Source: a virus
IMG/VR virus record: IMGVR_UViG_3300045988_111150
Direction: 5' to 3' (one strand)
Length of the DNA: 37,097 bases
In this document: piece after piece, positions 14,268 through 22,486 of the stretch
Numbering within the stretch: position 1 is the first letter of the stretch
Layout of the letters: every line of letters starts with the position of its first letter
Made by a program: the position numbers and the translations under genes
The notes under the pieces: model-generated
The model's database searches: none
What the model saw: the letters and a program-made list of their open reading frames with translations, nothing else
Told to the model about the DNA's origin: nothing

Positions 14268-14707
14268 GACTGAAAATATTTTTATACATAATGGTTGTAT
14301 TGATGTTGTTAGGAATCATCGGAGCAAGCACTAAATGTAGTAAGAGAATCGCGGGAATGATCGCAGTAGTTTGTATTGCGTTACTTGCCACGATTGTTGC
14401 AAAAGAGAACCAGCCGGAAGTAACAGCAGTAGCGCCGGAAACCGGGAAGATACAGACAGAACAAGACACCTGGGGAACAATTACGGTAACAGACGATACA
14501 GGCGTAACGCGAGAGTATCAAGGCTGTATACATATTTCCGGCACTTACCCATATGAAACAACCGAGTATATGGGGTTGTGCGTGAGTATGGATAGCGCGA
14601 TTGTAACGGGCGAGTGGTCGCCAGGAATGTATAAACTTTACTACGAAAGTGAAGGTAGGTACTGGGAAGCAAAGAACGACGAGAAGGAGAATAAAACCGA
14701 TGAATAA
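14240..14707 (+). CDS. membrane protein with two N-terminal TM helices and an extracytoplasmic domain
   Basis: IFLYIMVVLMLLGIIGA and IAGMIAVVCIALLATIVA are hydrophobic helices. No catalytic motif recognised. Confidence 0.5.
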   Translation: MGKVQQRVLGLKIFLYIMVVLMLLGIIGASTKCSKRIAGMIAVVCIALLATIVAKENQPEVTAVAPETGKIQTEQDTWGTITVTDDTGVTREYQGCIHISGTYPYETTEYMGLCVSMDSAIVTGEWSPGMYKLYYESEGRYWEAKNDEKENKTDE

Positions 14708-15356
14708 CTATATAACACTGTACGGAGAACCGTTAGAGTATCCGCACCAGGTAAGCGTAGATAAGCAAGGAACAGCGTACTACGGCTTTAGCATTGCAAC
14801 AGAAAGGGTAAGTGGAATTAAGGATATTACCCAGGTGATTGTAGAAGAAGGTACGCCAGCTTTTGAAAGCCTGGTAGCAATCGACAAAAACAAAGATATT
14901 TTACAAATCAAACTTAAGGTTACTGGAAGAATCAGAACACGCAACTTAGAAGGAAAAGAGCATAGCAAGCTGCATATTTCGGTACGCGCCCAGGAGATCA
15001 CAGACGAAGAGTACACAGGAGATACAAACGGCGTAATTATGACCGGGTATGTGTGCAAAATTGGAGATATGCGGACAACGCCGCGAGGAATCCATATAAC
15101 AGATATGGTTTTAGCGTGCTGGCGAGAAGATGAAAGCGGCGTAAGCGATTATATCCCGGCGATCACATGGAACGGAACAGCAGCAAGAGCAGCAGAGAAT
15201 CTTAAAGTAGGGGACTGTATCGAGGTACAGGGACGTTTACAAAGTAGAGAGTACACAAAAGAGCTGGAACATGAAAAAACAGAAGTAAGAACGTGCTACG
15301 AGTTGAGTATTGAAAAATACGAAATGGTAGCAGAAGACTTAACGAAAGAAGCGTAA
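14700..15356 (+). CDS. OB-fold, SSB-like DNA-binding protein (putative)
   Basis: The internal start MNNYITLYG is preferred. The C-terminal ITWNGTAARAAENLKVGDCIEVQGRLQSREY resembles the SSB OB-fold signature. An N-terminal segment (KVTGRIRTRNLEGKEHSKLHISV) looks like a second OB-like unit. Confidence 0.45.
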   Translation: MNNYITLYGEPLEYPHQVSVDKQGTAYYGFSIATERVSGIKDITQVIVEEGTPAFESLVAIDKNKDILQIKLKVTGRIRTRNLEGKEHSKLHISVRAQEITDEEYTGDTNGVIMTGYVCKIGDMRTTPRGIHITDMVLACWREDESGVSDYIPAITWNGTAARAAENLKVGDCIEVQGRLQSREYTKELEHEKTEVRTCYELSIEKYEMVAEDLTKEA

Positions 15357-15392
15357 GCACATACACCCGAAAACGAAGATAGACAAAAAAGA

Positions 15393-15430
15393 AAAGCCGC
15401 TAGGTTATCGGGAAATAACTTAGCGGCTTT
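15393..15430 (+). promoter_or_regulatory. long hairpin in the intergenic region upstream of the Rep-like gene (terminator or candidate origin)
   Basis: AAAGCCGCTAGGTTAT (15393-15408), loop CGGGAA, ATAACTTAGCGGCTTT (15415-15430): 16 bp with one mismatch. A second, imperfect hairpin lies at 15491-15528. Confidence 0.5.
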
Positions 15431-15575
15431 GCCGTACAAAGCTGTACTTAAACTCACAAAGATAGTATAGCAAATATCCGGCAAAAAAGCAACTGGAAAC
15501 CCAGCAAATACAAGGGGTTTAACCAGTTTTCAAGCTTGATAAAAGTATTAACTTTAGGAACAGGAGCAAGGATAT

Positions 15576-16367
15576 ATGCCATACATCATAGAGGTAGTAC
15601 AAGCGGGTAAGACTATAGAGGTAATGAAGTACTATAGCAGTAGGTACGGTAAGAAGGGAATAAAGAGGGGAAAGAGACAGAACCTTACAAAAGAAGAACA
15701 GATAAAAGTGAATAAGAGGGCAGCAGAGAAAAAGTTAAGAAGGCTGATAAATGAGAACTTCCAGGAAGGAGATACACACCTGGTACTAGATTACAGAAAG
15801 GAGAGAAGACCAGCCGGAAGAAAGCAGATGCGAGCAGATGCAGACGACTTTTTAAAAGAAATGAGAAAGCTGTACAAGCGTCATGGTATCCCGTTCAAAT
15901 ACATTCATGTAATGGAGATCGGGAAGAAAGGGGCGTTACATCATCACTTAGTTATCAATACACCAGAAGAGATAAGCCAGCAAGCTATAGTTAGATGCTG
16001 GAAGGGAAGAGGAAGAACGCACCATAACCCGCTAGATGATACAGGACAGTACGCAAAACTAGCGGCATATCTGATTAAGCAGAGTGACGGAATGTTAAGA
16101 GACCCGGAAGCATTACAAGGGAAACGCTGGAACAGTTCAAGGAACTTAAGGAAACCGAAGGTACTAAGAAAAGAACCGATAAAAGATAAAGGTTGGTATA
16201 ACCGTATCGCAAGGCTTCCGAAGAAGTTAGAACAGCAATACATACTGGACGGCGACAGCGTACAGGAAGGAATACACGAAAAGACAGGTTATACGTTCTT
16301 TACCTACACATTTGTAAAAATTAACCAAACCTGGAAGGAGACAGAATTAGAATGGGAAAAACTTTAG
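15576..16367 (+). CDS. HUH-superfamily rolling-circle replication initiator-like protein
   Basis: Motif order THLVLDY (motif I-like), ALHHHLVIN (HUH-like), QYAKLAAYLIKQ (catalytic Tyr motif III-like). Basic N-terminus. Confidence 0.55.
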   Translation: MPYIIEVVQAGKTIEVMKYYSSRYGKKGIKRGKRQNLTKEEQIKVNKRAAEKKLRRLINENFQEGDTHLVLDYRKERRPAGRKQMRADADDFLKEMRKLYKRHGIPFKYIHVMEIGKKGALHHHLVINTPEEISQQAIVRCWKGRGRTHHNPLDDTGQYAKLAAYLIKQSDGMLRDPEALQGKRWNSSRNLRKPKVLRKEPIKDKGWYNRIARLPKKLEQQYILDGDSVQEGIHEKTGYTFFTYTFVKINQTWKETELEWEKL

Positions 16368-16660
16368 GAATCGACAGAGACTTAGCAAGAAAAATTAAGA
16401 GAATGAGCCGTAAGGAATTAGACGGGTACTTAACGAGAGTAACGGACAAAAGTTACAACAATGGTTACGAACAGGGCTTAGCGGAAGGTATCGCGCTGAC
16501 TGGACAAGGCTTAGCAGCGGTACTTAAGGAAGAGACAGATAAAAAGAATATCACAGAAGAAAAGGCGGGCGAGATCAAAAAGGCAGTAGGTACATATATT
16601 GCGAAAGTGCCGGAAAAGGCAAGCGAGAAGGAACAGAGAGAAGGGGAAAAAGATGATTAA
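16352..16660 (+). CDS. hypothetical protein (102 aa)
   Basis: ORF overlapping the Rep 3' end by 16 nt. No motif recognised. Confidence 0.45.
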   Translation: MGKTLGIDRDLARKIKRMSRKELDGYLTRVTDKSYNNGYEQGLAEGIALTGQGLAAVLKEETDKKNITEEKAGEIKKAVGTYIAKVPEKASEKEQREGEKDD

Positions 16661-16910
16661 AGCGATCTATCTTACCGGGCTTGTAGTAGCTGCTGCATTT
16701 ACGTTACTGTGGCTGCTTATAGATGATATGAGAAGAGAGATAAGAGAGGTAGAGGAAGGGTACTACAGAGAAAAGCTAGAAGGAAAAGATAAAGCAGCGC
16801 TTATATTTGCGGAAATCGGAACATCACTAACCGTAGGGGTTATGTGGTGGCTTGCGATCATAATTATTATAGGCGTAGCGATAATGATAATCACAGGAGA
16901 AGAAATATAA
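16653..16910 (+). CDS. small membrane protein (two TM helices)
   Basis: The internal ATG 16653 overlaps the upstream stop. LTGLVVAAAFTLLWLLI and VGVMWWLAIIIIIGVAIMII are hydrophobic helices. Confidence 0.5.
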   Translation: MIKAIYLTGLVVAAAFTLLWLLIDDMRREIREVEEGYYREKLEGKDKAALIFAEIGTSLTVGVMWWLAIIIIIGVAIMIITGEEI

Positions 16911-16912
16911 GC

Positions 16913-17458
16913 ATGAATATGACGGAATCAGAAGACCAGGCACAGCGAAACGTATTCGACTGGGCGAGGTGGCAAAAAGGGAAATACCCACAGCTTAAGG
17001 CTATGTACCATGCAGCAAACGAAGGAAAACGAAGCGTAAGAGCTGGAGCAGAACTTAAGCGCCAGGGAATGAAGCCAGGCGTAAGCGATATCTGTTTACC
17101 GTATGCTTCGGGAAAATACAACAACCTATATGTAGAGCTGAAAGTAGGGAATAACAAAGCATCGGATAATCAGCTTAAGTTTATAGATACAATAAACGGA
17201 ATTGGTGGAAAAGCAGTTATAGCATACGGAAGTGAAGCTGCTATAAGCGTAATAACTGCATACCTGGAAGGGGCGATAGATAGCTTAGAGATAGCAAGCG
17301 ATACATACCCGCCGGAAAAAGCAAAGATTACAGAGCGGGCGAACAAGAAGAGATTTACAGGTTTTTGCGGCGCAGATTGCAGAGAATGTAATAACAAAGG
17401 CTGCTACGGAAGAAAAGTGGACGATATGTTAAGCCCGGGACTGCTACCAGCAACGTAA
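16913..17458 (+). CDS. VRR-NUC domain nuclease with a Cys-rich C-terminal tail
   Basis: The pattern EDQAQRNVFDW...HAANEGKRS...GMKPGVSDICLP...LYVELKVG...SDNQLKFIDTINGIGGKAVIAYG matches the VRR-NUC (PD-D/ExK) layout. C-terminal CGADCRECNNKGC. Confidence 0.65.
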   Translation: MNMTESEDQAQRNVFDWARWQKGKYPQLKAMYHAANEGKRSVRAGAELKRQGMKPGVSDICLPYASGKYNNLYVELKVGNNKASDNQLKFIDTINGIGGKAVIAYGSEAAISVITAYLEGAIDSLEIASDTYPPEKAKITERANKKRFTGFCGADCRECNNKGCYGRKVDDMLSPGLLPAT

Positions 17459-17501
17459 AAAACAGTACAAAAGATAAAAGCTTGTAACTGCTTATGGTTA
17501 T

Positions 17502-17921
17502 ATGGCGAAGCAAGGAAATAATATGTCACACACGAAACACGGAAACAAAGCACCAGCGGCGGAGCGGGAAGCTGCCGCCGCAGAAAGGGAAGGTTTACAA
17601 ATGAAGGCGATTGAATGGTTAAGAGGAAAATTACATATTGAGCCGGACGAAAGAAAGATAGGCAAGAAATATTATGAAAAATGCGATAAGGGTACAGCTA
17701 CAGAACTGGAAGCGTCTTACTCTACATACATGATATTGAAAGACAGGGGATATGAGCCGGACGATATTTTAATATTACTGGAAGAAGATAACGGGAAGTT
17801 TACCGGGAAGAAGCTTACAGTACAGGTATACAGCGCAGAAAGAGAAATAGAAGGCTTGTTAGATGGCTACTGTGTCTTAATGGTCGAAAATATGGGCTTA
17901 GCAGCGTGGAAAGTGAAATAA
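17502..17921 (+). CDS. hypothetical protein (139 aa)
   Basis: ORF only. The start may be the downstream ATG (MSHTKHG). Confidence 0.4.
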   Translation: MAKQGNNMSHTKHGNKAPAAEREAAAAEREGLQMKAIEWLRGKLHIEPDERKIGKKYYEKCDKGTATELEASYSTYMILKDRGYEPDDILILLEEDNGKFTGKKLTVQVYSAEREIEGLLDGYCVLMVENMGLAAWKVK

Positions 17922-17941
17922 AAGAAAGTGAGGTAGAACGA

Positions 17942-18706
17942 ATGAGAACAGTAGCAGTAGTAAATTTAAAGGGCGGAGTTGGAAAGAGTACAACAGCTAT
18001 TAACATGGCTTTGATTATGAGCCAGGCACACGGAAAAAACGTATTGCTGATAGATAACGATTTCCAGGCAGCAGTTACTAAATTCTTCGGAAACCACAGT
18101 TACGATAAGCCGAGTATGGAAGATGTACTTAGAAATCCGATGCTATCAGCAGAAGAGGTAATTATACCGAGTGGGCGCTGGGGCTTAGATATTATTCCGG
18201 CAAATATGAACATGATCGCGGCAGCAGACGACCTTATAACGGATAAAGACAGCGACCAGATAGGGCGGATAAGAAACATCTTAGACCAGGTGGAAGAAGA
18301 ATACGACTACTGTATTATTGATTGCCACCCGAGCGTAGGGATAGAAGTACTTAACGCACTGGCAGCAGCAGAAGACATTATTATACCGATTAAGGCAGAC
18401 AAGAACGCTTTAGACGGAATGGAAGAGCTAGACGATATTATACAGGAAATCAGACCGTATAACGAAAAGCTGGAAAGCGTGCGCTGCCTGGTAACGATGT
18501 ATACGAAAGATATCGACGTAATAAAAGGCGAGGAAGTCTTAAGAAATAGCAAATACGACGTATTTACTACACATATCAGACATAGCAAGAAAGTAACAGC
18601 CTGGACGTATGAGAACGGGCAGAGCTTGTTAGAGACTACACCGAGAAGCGCGGCGACAAGAGATTATAAGAACCTGGTATTAGAGTACATGGGAAAGAGG
18701 ATATAA
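17942..18706 (+). CDS. parA: ParA/Soj-family partition ATPase
   Basis: MRTVAVVNLKGGVGKSTTAINMA contains the deviant Walker A, and YDYCIIDCHPS is Walker B-like. The internal start is preferred over track start 17906. Confidence 0.85.
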   Translation: MRTVAVVNLKGGVGKSTTAINMALIMSQAHGKNVLLIDNDFQAAVTKFFGNHSYDKPSMEDVLRNPMLSAEEVIIPSGRWGLDIIPANMNMIAAADDLITDKDSDQIGRIRNILDQVEEEYDYCIIDCHPSVGIEVLNALAAAEDIIIPIKADKNALDGMEELDDIIQEIRPYNEKLESVRCLVTMYTKDIDVIKGEEVLRNSKYDVFTTHIRHSKKVTAWTYENGQSLLETTPRSAATRDYKNLVLEYMGKRI

Positions 18707-18708
18707 AG

Positions 18709-18876
18709 ATGTTAAAAGTAGGAGATACAATAAAATGCGCAGATAAAGACGACTTAGTAGAGACGCATAATATATTACAGCGACAAGGGTATGATACAGA
18801 TTTCCTATACGAGAAGGACGGAAAAAAAGGCTTGTGGCTGGAAATAAAGAAGGTAAAAGATGTAGAAAGGGGCTAA
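18709..18876 (+). CDS. small hypothetical protein (55 aa)
   Basis: Hand-translated MLKVGDTIKCADKDDLVETHNILQRQGYDTDFLYEKDGKKGLWLEIKKVKDVERG. It fills the gap between parA and the next ORF. Confidence 0.4.
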   Translation: MLKVGDTIKCADKDDLVETHNILQRQGYDTDFLYEKDGKKGLWLEIKKVKDVERG

Positions 18877-18879
18877 TGC

Positions 18880-19215
18880 ATGGGAATATACAGGGAAGTA
18901 AATACGATAGTAACGTGTGATATGTGCAAAGAAAATATAACAGGTTGGAGTAGCACAGGAACAGGAGTAAGCAAAGCCTGGGCGACACACTACGCAAGGA
19001 TAGAAGGCGCGACGGTTGGAAAGAAAGGCGTAATGTGCAAAGAGTGCCGTATAGCAGAAAGACAAAGAAAATGCGGATTGATTAAGAAGGTAGGACACCC
19101 AGGAAAAGACGAAGACGAAAAATGTTTAGGCTTTGATATTATGGAAAATTGCAAAAGATGTATAGCTTATACGGGCTTTGATTGGGAGAAAGAAGCTAGA
19201 AAGTTTAAATTTTAG
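18880..19215 (+). CDS. Cys-rich (zinc-binding?) hypothetical protein
   Basis: CDMC...CKEC plus further Cys pairs (CLGF...CKRC). Confidence 0.45.
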   Translation: MGIYREVNTIVTCDMCKENITGWSSTGTGVSKAWATHYARIEGATVGKKGVMCKECRIAERQRKCGLIKKVGHPGKDEDEKCLGFDIMENCKRCIAYTGFDWEKEARKFKF

Positions 19216-19239
19216 GTACGGAAGAAAGGAGATAGAACA

Positions 19240-20478
19240 ATGGGAAAGATTGGCATAGGCGACAGACTTAACGCAAACAGCAAGAAAAATATTATTTTCG
19301 CAAAGGACTATAGAAAGGTACGCTTAGACCCGCGTACGCTGATTCCGTCAGAGCATAACAAATACAGCCAGGACAATATAGAAGAGCTGGCGGATAATAT
19401 GCTTTTAGTTGGACAGCTACAGGAAATCATAGTAGGGCGCGTAGATGGACAGGACAGAATTATAGTAGGACATAGACGTACAGCGGCAGCAGTCCTTAAT
19501 ATCGAACGCGGTCATGATGAATTTAAGCTTGTGGACTGCAAGATAAAGGAAATGAGCGAAAGCTTATTTATGCTGACACTTCATAGTGCAAATATCTTTA
19601 ATAGACAGCTTAGCGACTGGGAATTAACAAACGGCGTAGCTGAGTTTAAAAAGTACCTGGAACAAGCCAAGGAAGCCGGAGAGTTGGTTATAGAGGGAAA
19701 AATGAGAGACTATATAGCAAGTGCTACCGGGAAGTCTACAGGTAAAATAAATCAGATCAACAGCATTAACAATAATTTGTGCGAGGAAGGCAAGGAAGCA
19801 TTTAAGGACGGAAAAATAAACTTTTCTACAGCGTATGAAACTTCCAGGCTGCCGGAAGAAAAACAGCATGAAGTTATTGAAAATGGAGAGCTGTTAAGTA
19901 AAGACGTTCGGGAAATGGTAAAAGAAGAACGAGAGAAGAAAGAAGCAGAAAAGAAGCCGGGCGACGATTACGAGCCAGCACACCCGGAAAGCATTACAAG
20001 CTTATGCTATTCTTGCCTATACTACAGTGAGTGCAACGTAAAAACGGGAACTTGCAAAAAATGCGATAAGTACACGAATAAGGCAGAAGCGGAGAAGACA
20101 GAAGAACAAAGGTATGAGGAAGAACAGGTAGCAATAGACCGGGATACAAAAGCGAAGCTACGGCAGCAGTCAGACGATAAGAAAATGGAGACATTACCGA
20201 GCGAAGCGACGACAGCAGAACCGAAGACACATATTATACGGCTTGCGGCTATGAATTATGACGATGTTGTAAGCGGAAAGAAAAGTTTTGAAATCTGTAA
20301 AGATGCCGGATACAAGGAAGGCGACATTATAGAGTATATGGAGTTTAAAGACGGGCGCAACACGGGAAGAACATTTAAGGCGGAAATAGCTTATGTAGTG
20401 AATGAGCATAGAGGACTAACAGAAGGCTTTTGTATTATAGGCGTAAAGGTGTCAGAATCTGACACGGGGAAGGAATAA
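19240..20478 (+). CDS. ParB-like nuclease-domain protein fused to a Cys cluster and a C-terminal DUF3850/ASCH-like (PUA-fold) domain
   Basis: N-terminus: LIPSEHNKY...VGQLQEIIVGR...IIVGHRRTAAA (ParB/Srx box). Middle: CYSCLYYSECN...CKKC. C-terminus: HIIRLAAMNYDDVVSGKKSFEICKDAGYKEGDIIEYMEF...GRTFKAEIAYV...GFCIIGV resembles DUF3850. Confidence 0.7.
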   Translation: MGKIGIGDRLNANSKKNIIFAKDYRKVRLDPRTLIPSEHNKYSQDNIEELADNMLLVGQLQEIIVGRVDGQDRIIVGHRRTAAAVLNIERGHDEFKLVDCKIKEMSESLFMLTLHSANIFNRQLSDWELTNGVAEFKKYLEQAKEAGELVIEGKMRDYIASATGKSTGKINQINSINNNLCEEGKEAFKDGKINFSTAYETSRLPEEKQHEVIENGELLSKDVREMVKEEREKKEAEKKPGDDYEPAHPESITSLCYSCLYYSECNVKTGTCKKCDKYTNKAEAEKTEEQRYEEEQVAIDRDTKAKLRQQSDDKKMETLPSEATTAEPKTHIIRLAAMNYDDVVSGKKSFEICKDAGYKEGDIIEYMEFKDGRNTGRTFKAEIAYVVNEHRGLTEGFCIIGVKVSESDTGKE

Positions 20479-20484
20479 GAGAAC

Positions 20485-20712
20485 ATGGAAACAAGAAAAA
20501 TAACGCTAAGAGATTTATTAACAGTAACAGGAGAGAAGGAAAACATAGCACTTTATAAAGCTTGTGATGAAGGAAAGAGATTCATTGTAAATATTGAATG
20601 TGAAAGCGCAAAGAAATATCTGAGCAAAGATATACTTGATGATGAAGTAGAGATAGTAGAAGGCGTTTGTAGCAAGGGTGTAAAAATAATAATGAAAAGG
20701 GAAGGCTTATGA
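20485..20712 (+). CDS. hypothetical protein (75 aa)
   Basis: ORF only. Confidence 0.4.
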   Translation: METRKITLRDLLTVTGEKENIALYKACDEGKRFIVNIECESAKKYLSKDILDDEVEIVEGVCSKGVKIIMKREGL

Positions 20713-20987
20713 TTAGAAAAGGGCAAAGAATAAAAGTAATATGCAGTGAAGCCAGGCTTAAGGAAGTAGGCGTAAGACAGAAACATATTAAGCATATCCT
20801 GGGAAAGATAGGAACGGTAAAGGAAATACGGAAGCTGCCGAACACGGAAGATATGTACGCTTACTTTGTACATTTCCGTTACGTGAATTTAAAAGCAGCA
20901 CCAGGGAATAAGAAACCTTACTACGCAATGTTAGACGATATGATAAAGCCTATCAACCTGGAAGTGATAGGAGAGAAAAAGGAATGA
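20709..20987 (+). CDS. hypothetical protein (92 aa)
   Basis: ORF with ATGA overlap to its neighbours. Confidence 0.4.
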   Translation: MIRKGQRIKVICSEARLKEVGVRQKHIKHILGKIGTVKEIRKLPNTEDMYAYFVHFRYVNLKAAPGNKKPYYAMLDDMIKPINLEVIGEKKE

Positions 20988-21379
20988 TAAAAAAGATTAC
21001 AAGTTTGAAAGACATAAGATTACAGGACATTCTGAATACAGAAAGGTTAAATAGAACTATACAGAATATACAGGACAGCTTAAAGAAGAGGGGCGAGAAG
21101 CTTATGAAGGAAGCAATAATAGCAGGACTTAAGGTACAAACACGGTTAGGAAGTAAAGAAGCAAAGAAAGAATTAAAACGGTACAACATAAGAGACAGAG
21201 AAAAGCAGATCATACGAGCCAGGCGGCAGCAGCAGTTGTTACGTGAGAACCAGGACAGGAGTAATAACTGGAAGAGAATACATGGACTGCCAGCCACAAG
21301 AAAAAACGGTAGCAAAACTAAGCAAAGTATAGCGGGAACACGGCAAAAAGGAATTGAAACAAAGAAAACTTTATGGTAA
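20984..21379 (+). CDS. basic hypothetical protein (131 aa)
   Basis: Lys/Arg-rich ORF, the last gene before a terminator. Confidence 0.4.
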   Translation: MIKKITSLKDIRLQDILNTERLNRTIQNIQDSLKKRGEKLMKEAIIAGLKVQTRLGSKEAKKELKRYNIRDREKQIIRARRQQQLLRENQDRSNNWKRIHGLPATRKNGSKTKQSIAGTRQKGIETKKTLW

Positions 21380-21407
21380 TCTATAAGTACAAACGCAAGA
21401 AGAATTA

Positions 21408-21450
21408 GGTAAAGGAAAGCACCCTTTGCCTGGTTCTTCTTTTTTTGTTT
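21408..21450 (+). terminator. Rho-independent terminator closing the early/middle operon
   Basis: GGTAAAGG, loop AAAGCAC, CCTTTGCC, followed by the T-rich TGGTTCTTCTTTTTTTGTTTG. Confidence 0.6.
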
Positions 21451-21512
21451 GTGTGAACCCTCCCAAGTGCCGCATGAAATCCAGGGCGGCACTATGAAAG
21501 AAGAAAGAGAAT

Positions 21513-21977
21513 ATGCTAAAGAAGTTATGTAGTTACCCGGGCTGCCACAAGGTAGTAGATGCTGGGACTAAGTACTGTGATAGACACAGGAACACGGATA
21601 AAGAGAAGTACAGAGAATATAAGCGTAAGCGCATGGAGAACGAAGAGGAAGCCCGGCGGCAGCAGTTTTATAATAGCAAGCCCTGGGAAGGATTCAGAAC
21701 GAGCCAGGCAGCGGCGCAGTTTGGTATAGATATATTTGAATACTATACCACAGGAAAGATTATAGAAGCAGAACAGTACCACCACATAGAAGAGATAGTA
21801 GAAGCATGGCATAGAAGACTTGATAGAGACAATGTAATAGGGTTGAGCGAAGCGAACCATAGACGCATACATAAAGAATATGATCGCGGCTACATGGCAA
21901 AAAAGAAGATGCAGCGAACGCTTTACGATATGCTACAGCGCTTCCGGCGTGAGTTCGGAGACAGTGGGGGGATATAA
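21513..21977 (+). CDS. HNH endonuclease (packaging-associated)
   Basis: N-terminal CxxxGC...C..H zinc knuckle, then YHHIEEI...N...LSEANHRRIH (H-N-H). Located directly upstream of terS/terL. Confidence 0.8.
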   Translation: MLKKLCSYPGCHKVVDAGTKYCDRHRNTDKEKYREYKRKRMENEEEARRQQFYNSKPWEGFRTSQAAAQFGIDIFEYYTTGKIIEAEQYHHIEEIVEAWHRRLDRDNVIGLSEANHRRIHKEYDRGYMAKKKMQRTLYDMLQRFRREFGDSGGI

Positions 21978-22072
21978 AAAGTTTTTAAAGCCTTTTTAAA
22001 GTCCCGAGTTCAATCTGTTGTGAAAAAAAACGCCGATTTTTTATATAGGGGGGTGTCTGAGAAGGTGGCAGT

Positions 22073-22486
22073 ATGGCAAATGAGGAAAAAAAGACGGAAA
22101 AAAACAAGCCAAAGCCTTGCCCGAAGTGGTTAAGTGACGCGGCGAAAAAAGAGTGGCGAAGGATAGCGAAAATCTTCGCAGAAGAAGAAAAAGAATTTAC
22201 AGACAAAGACCTTAAAGCCCTAGAAGCATATTGCACGAACTATGCAAAGTGGCAGAAATGCGAACAGATCATAGATGAAAAAGGGTACAGTATGGAAGTG
22301 GGCGATAACGGATACGAGCAACAAAGACCAGAGGTAAGTATAGCAAACAAAGCACAGACAGAAATGAGAGCCTGGGCGAAAGAATTAGGATTAACACCAG
22401 CAGCGCGACAAAGAATGAAAGCAGAGAGCGCACAAGGCGAAAGCGGCATAGACGCAGAGCTGGACGGAATGATAGCACATGATTAA
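22073..22486 (+). CDS. terS: terminase small subunit (P27 family-like)
   Basis: PKWLSDAAKKEWRRI...LEAYCTNYAKWQKCE...NGYEQQRPEVSIANKAQTEMRAWAKELGLTPAARQRM matches the P27-family pattern. Confidence 0.8.
   Translation: MANEEKKTEKNKPKPCPKWLSDAAKKEWRRIAKIFAEEEKEFTDKDLKALEAYCTNYAKWQKCEQIIDEKGYSMEVGDNGYEQQRPEVSIANKAQTEMRAWAKELGLTPAARQRMKAESAQGESGIDAELDGMIAHD

Noticed and set aside
14649-17458. Upstream-extended starts given by the ORF track (14649, 16599, 16844; likewise 17906, 13771, 29477 and 1282 elsewhere)
   Set aside because: The N-terminal extensions overlap the preceding genes and encode Arg-rich low-complexity peptides. Internal ATGs with better RBS spacing and recognisable protein N-termini were preferred.
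20953-21492. 179-aa minus-strand ORF opposite 20984-21379
   Set aside because: It is antisense to a + strand ORF in an otherwise uniformly + strand operon and runs through the + strand terminator. Its hydrophobic low-complexity translation is typical of antisense AT-rich coding DNA. The + strand ORF is itself only weakly supported.
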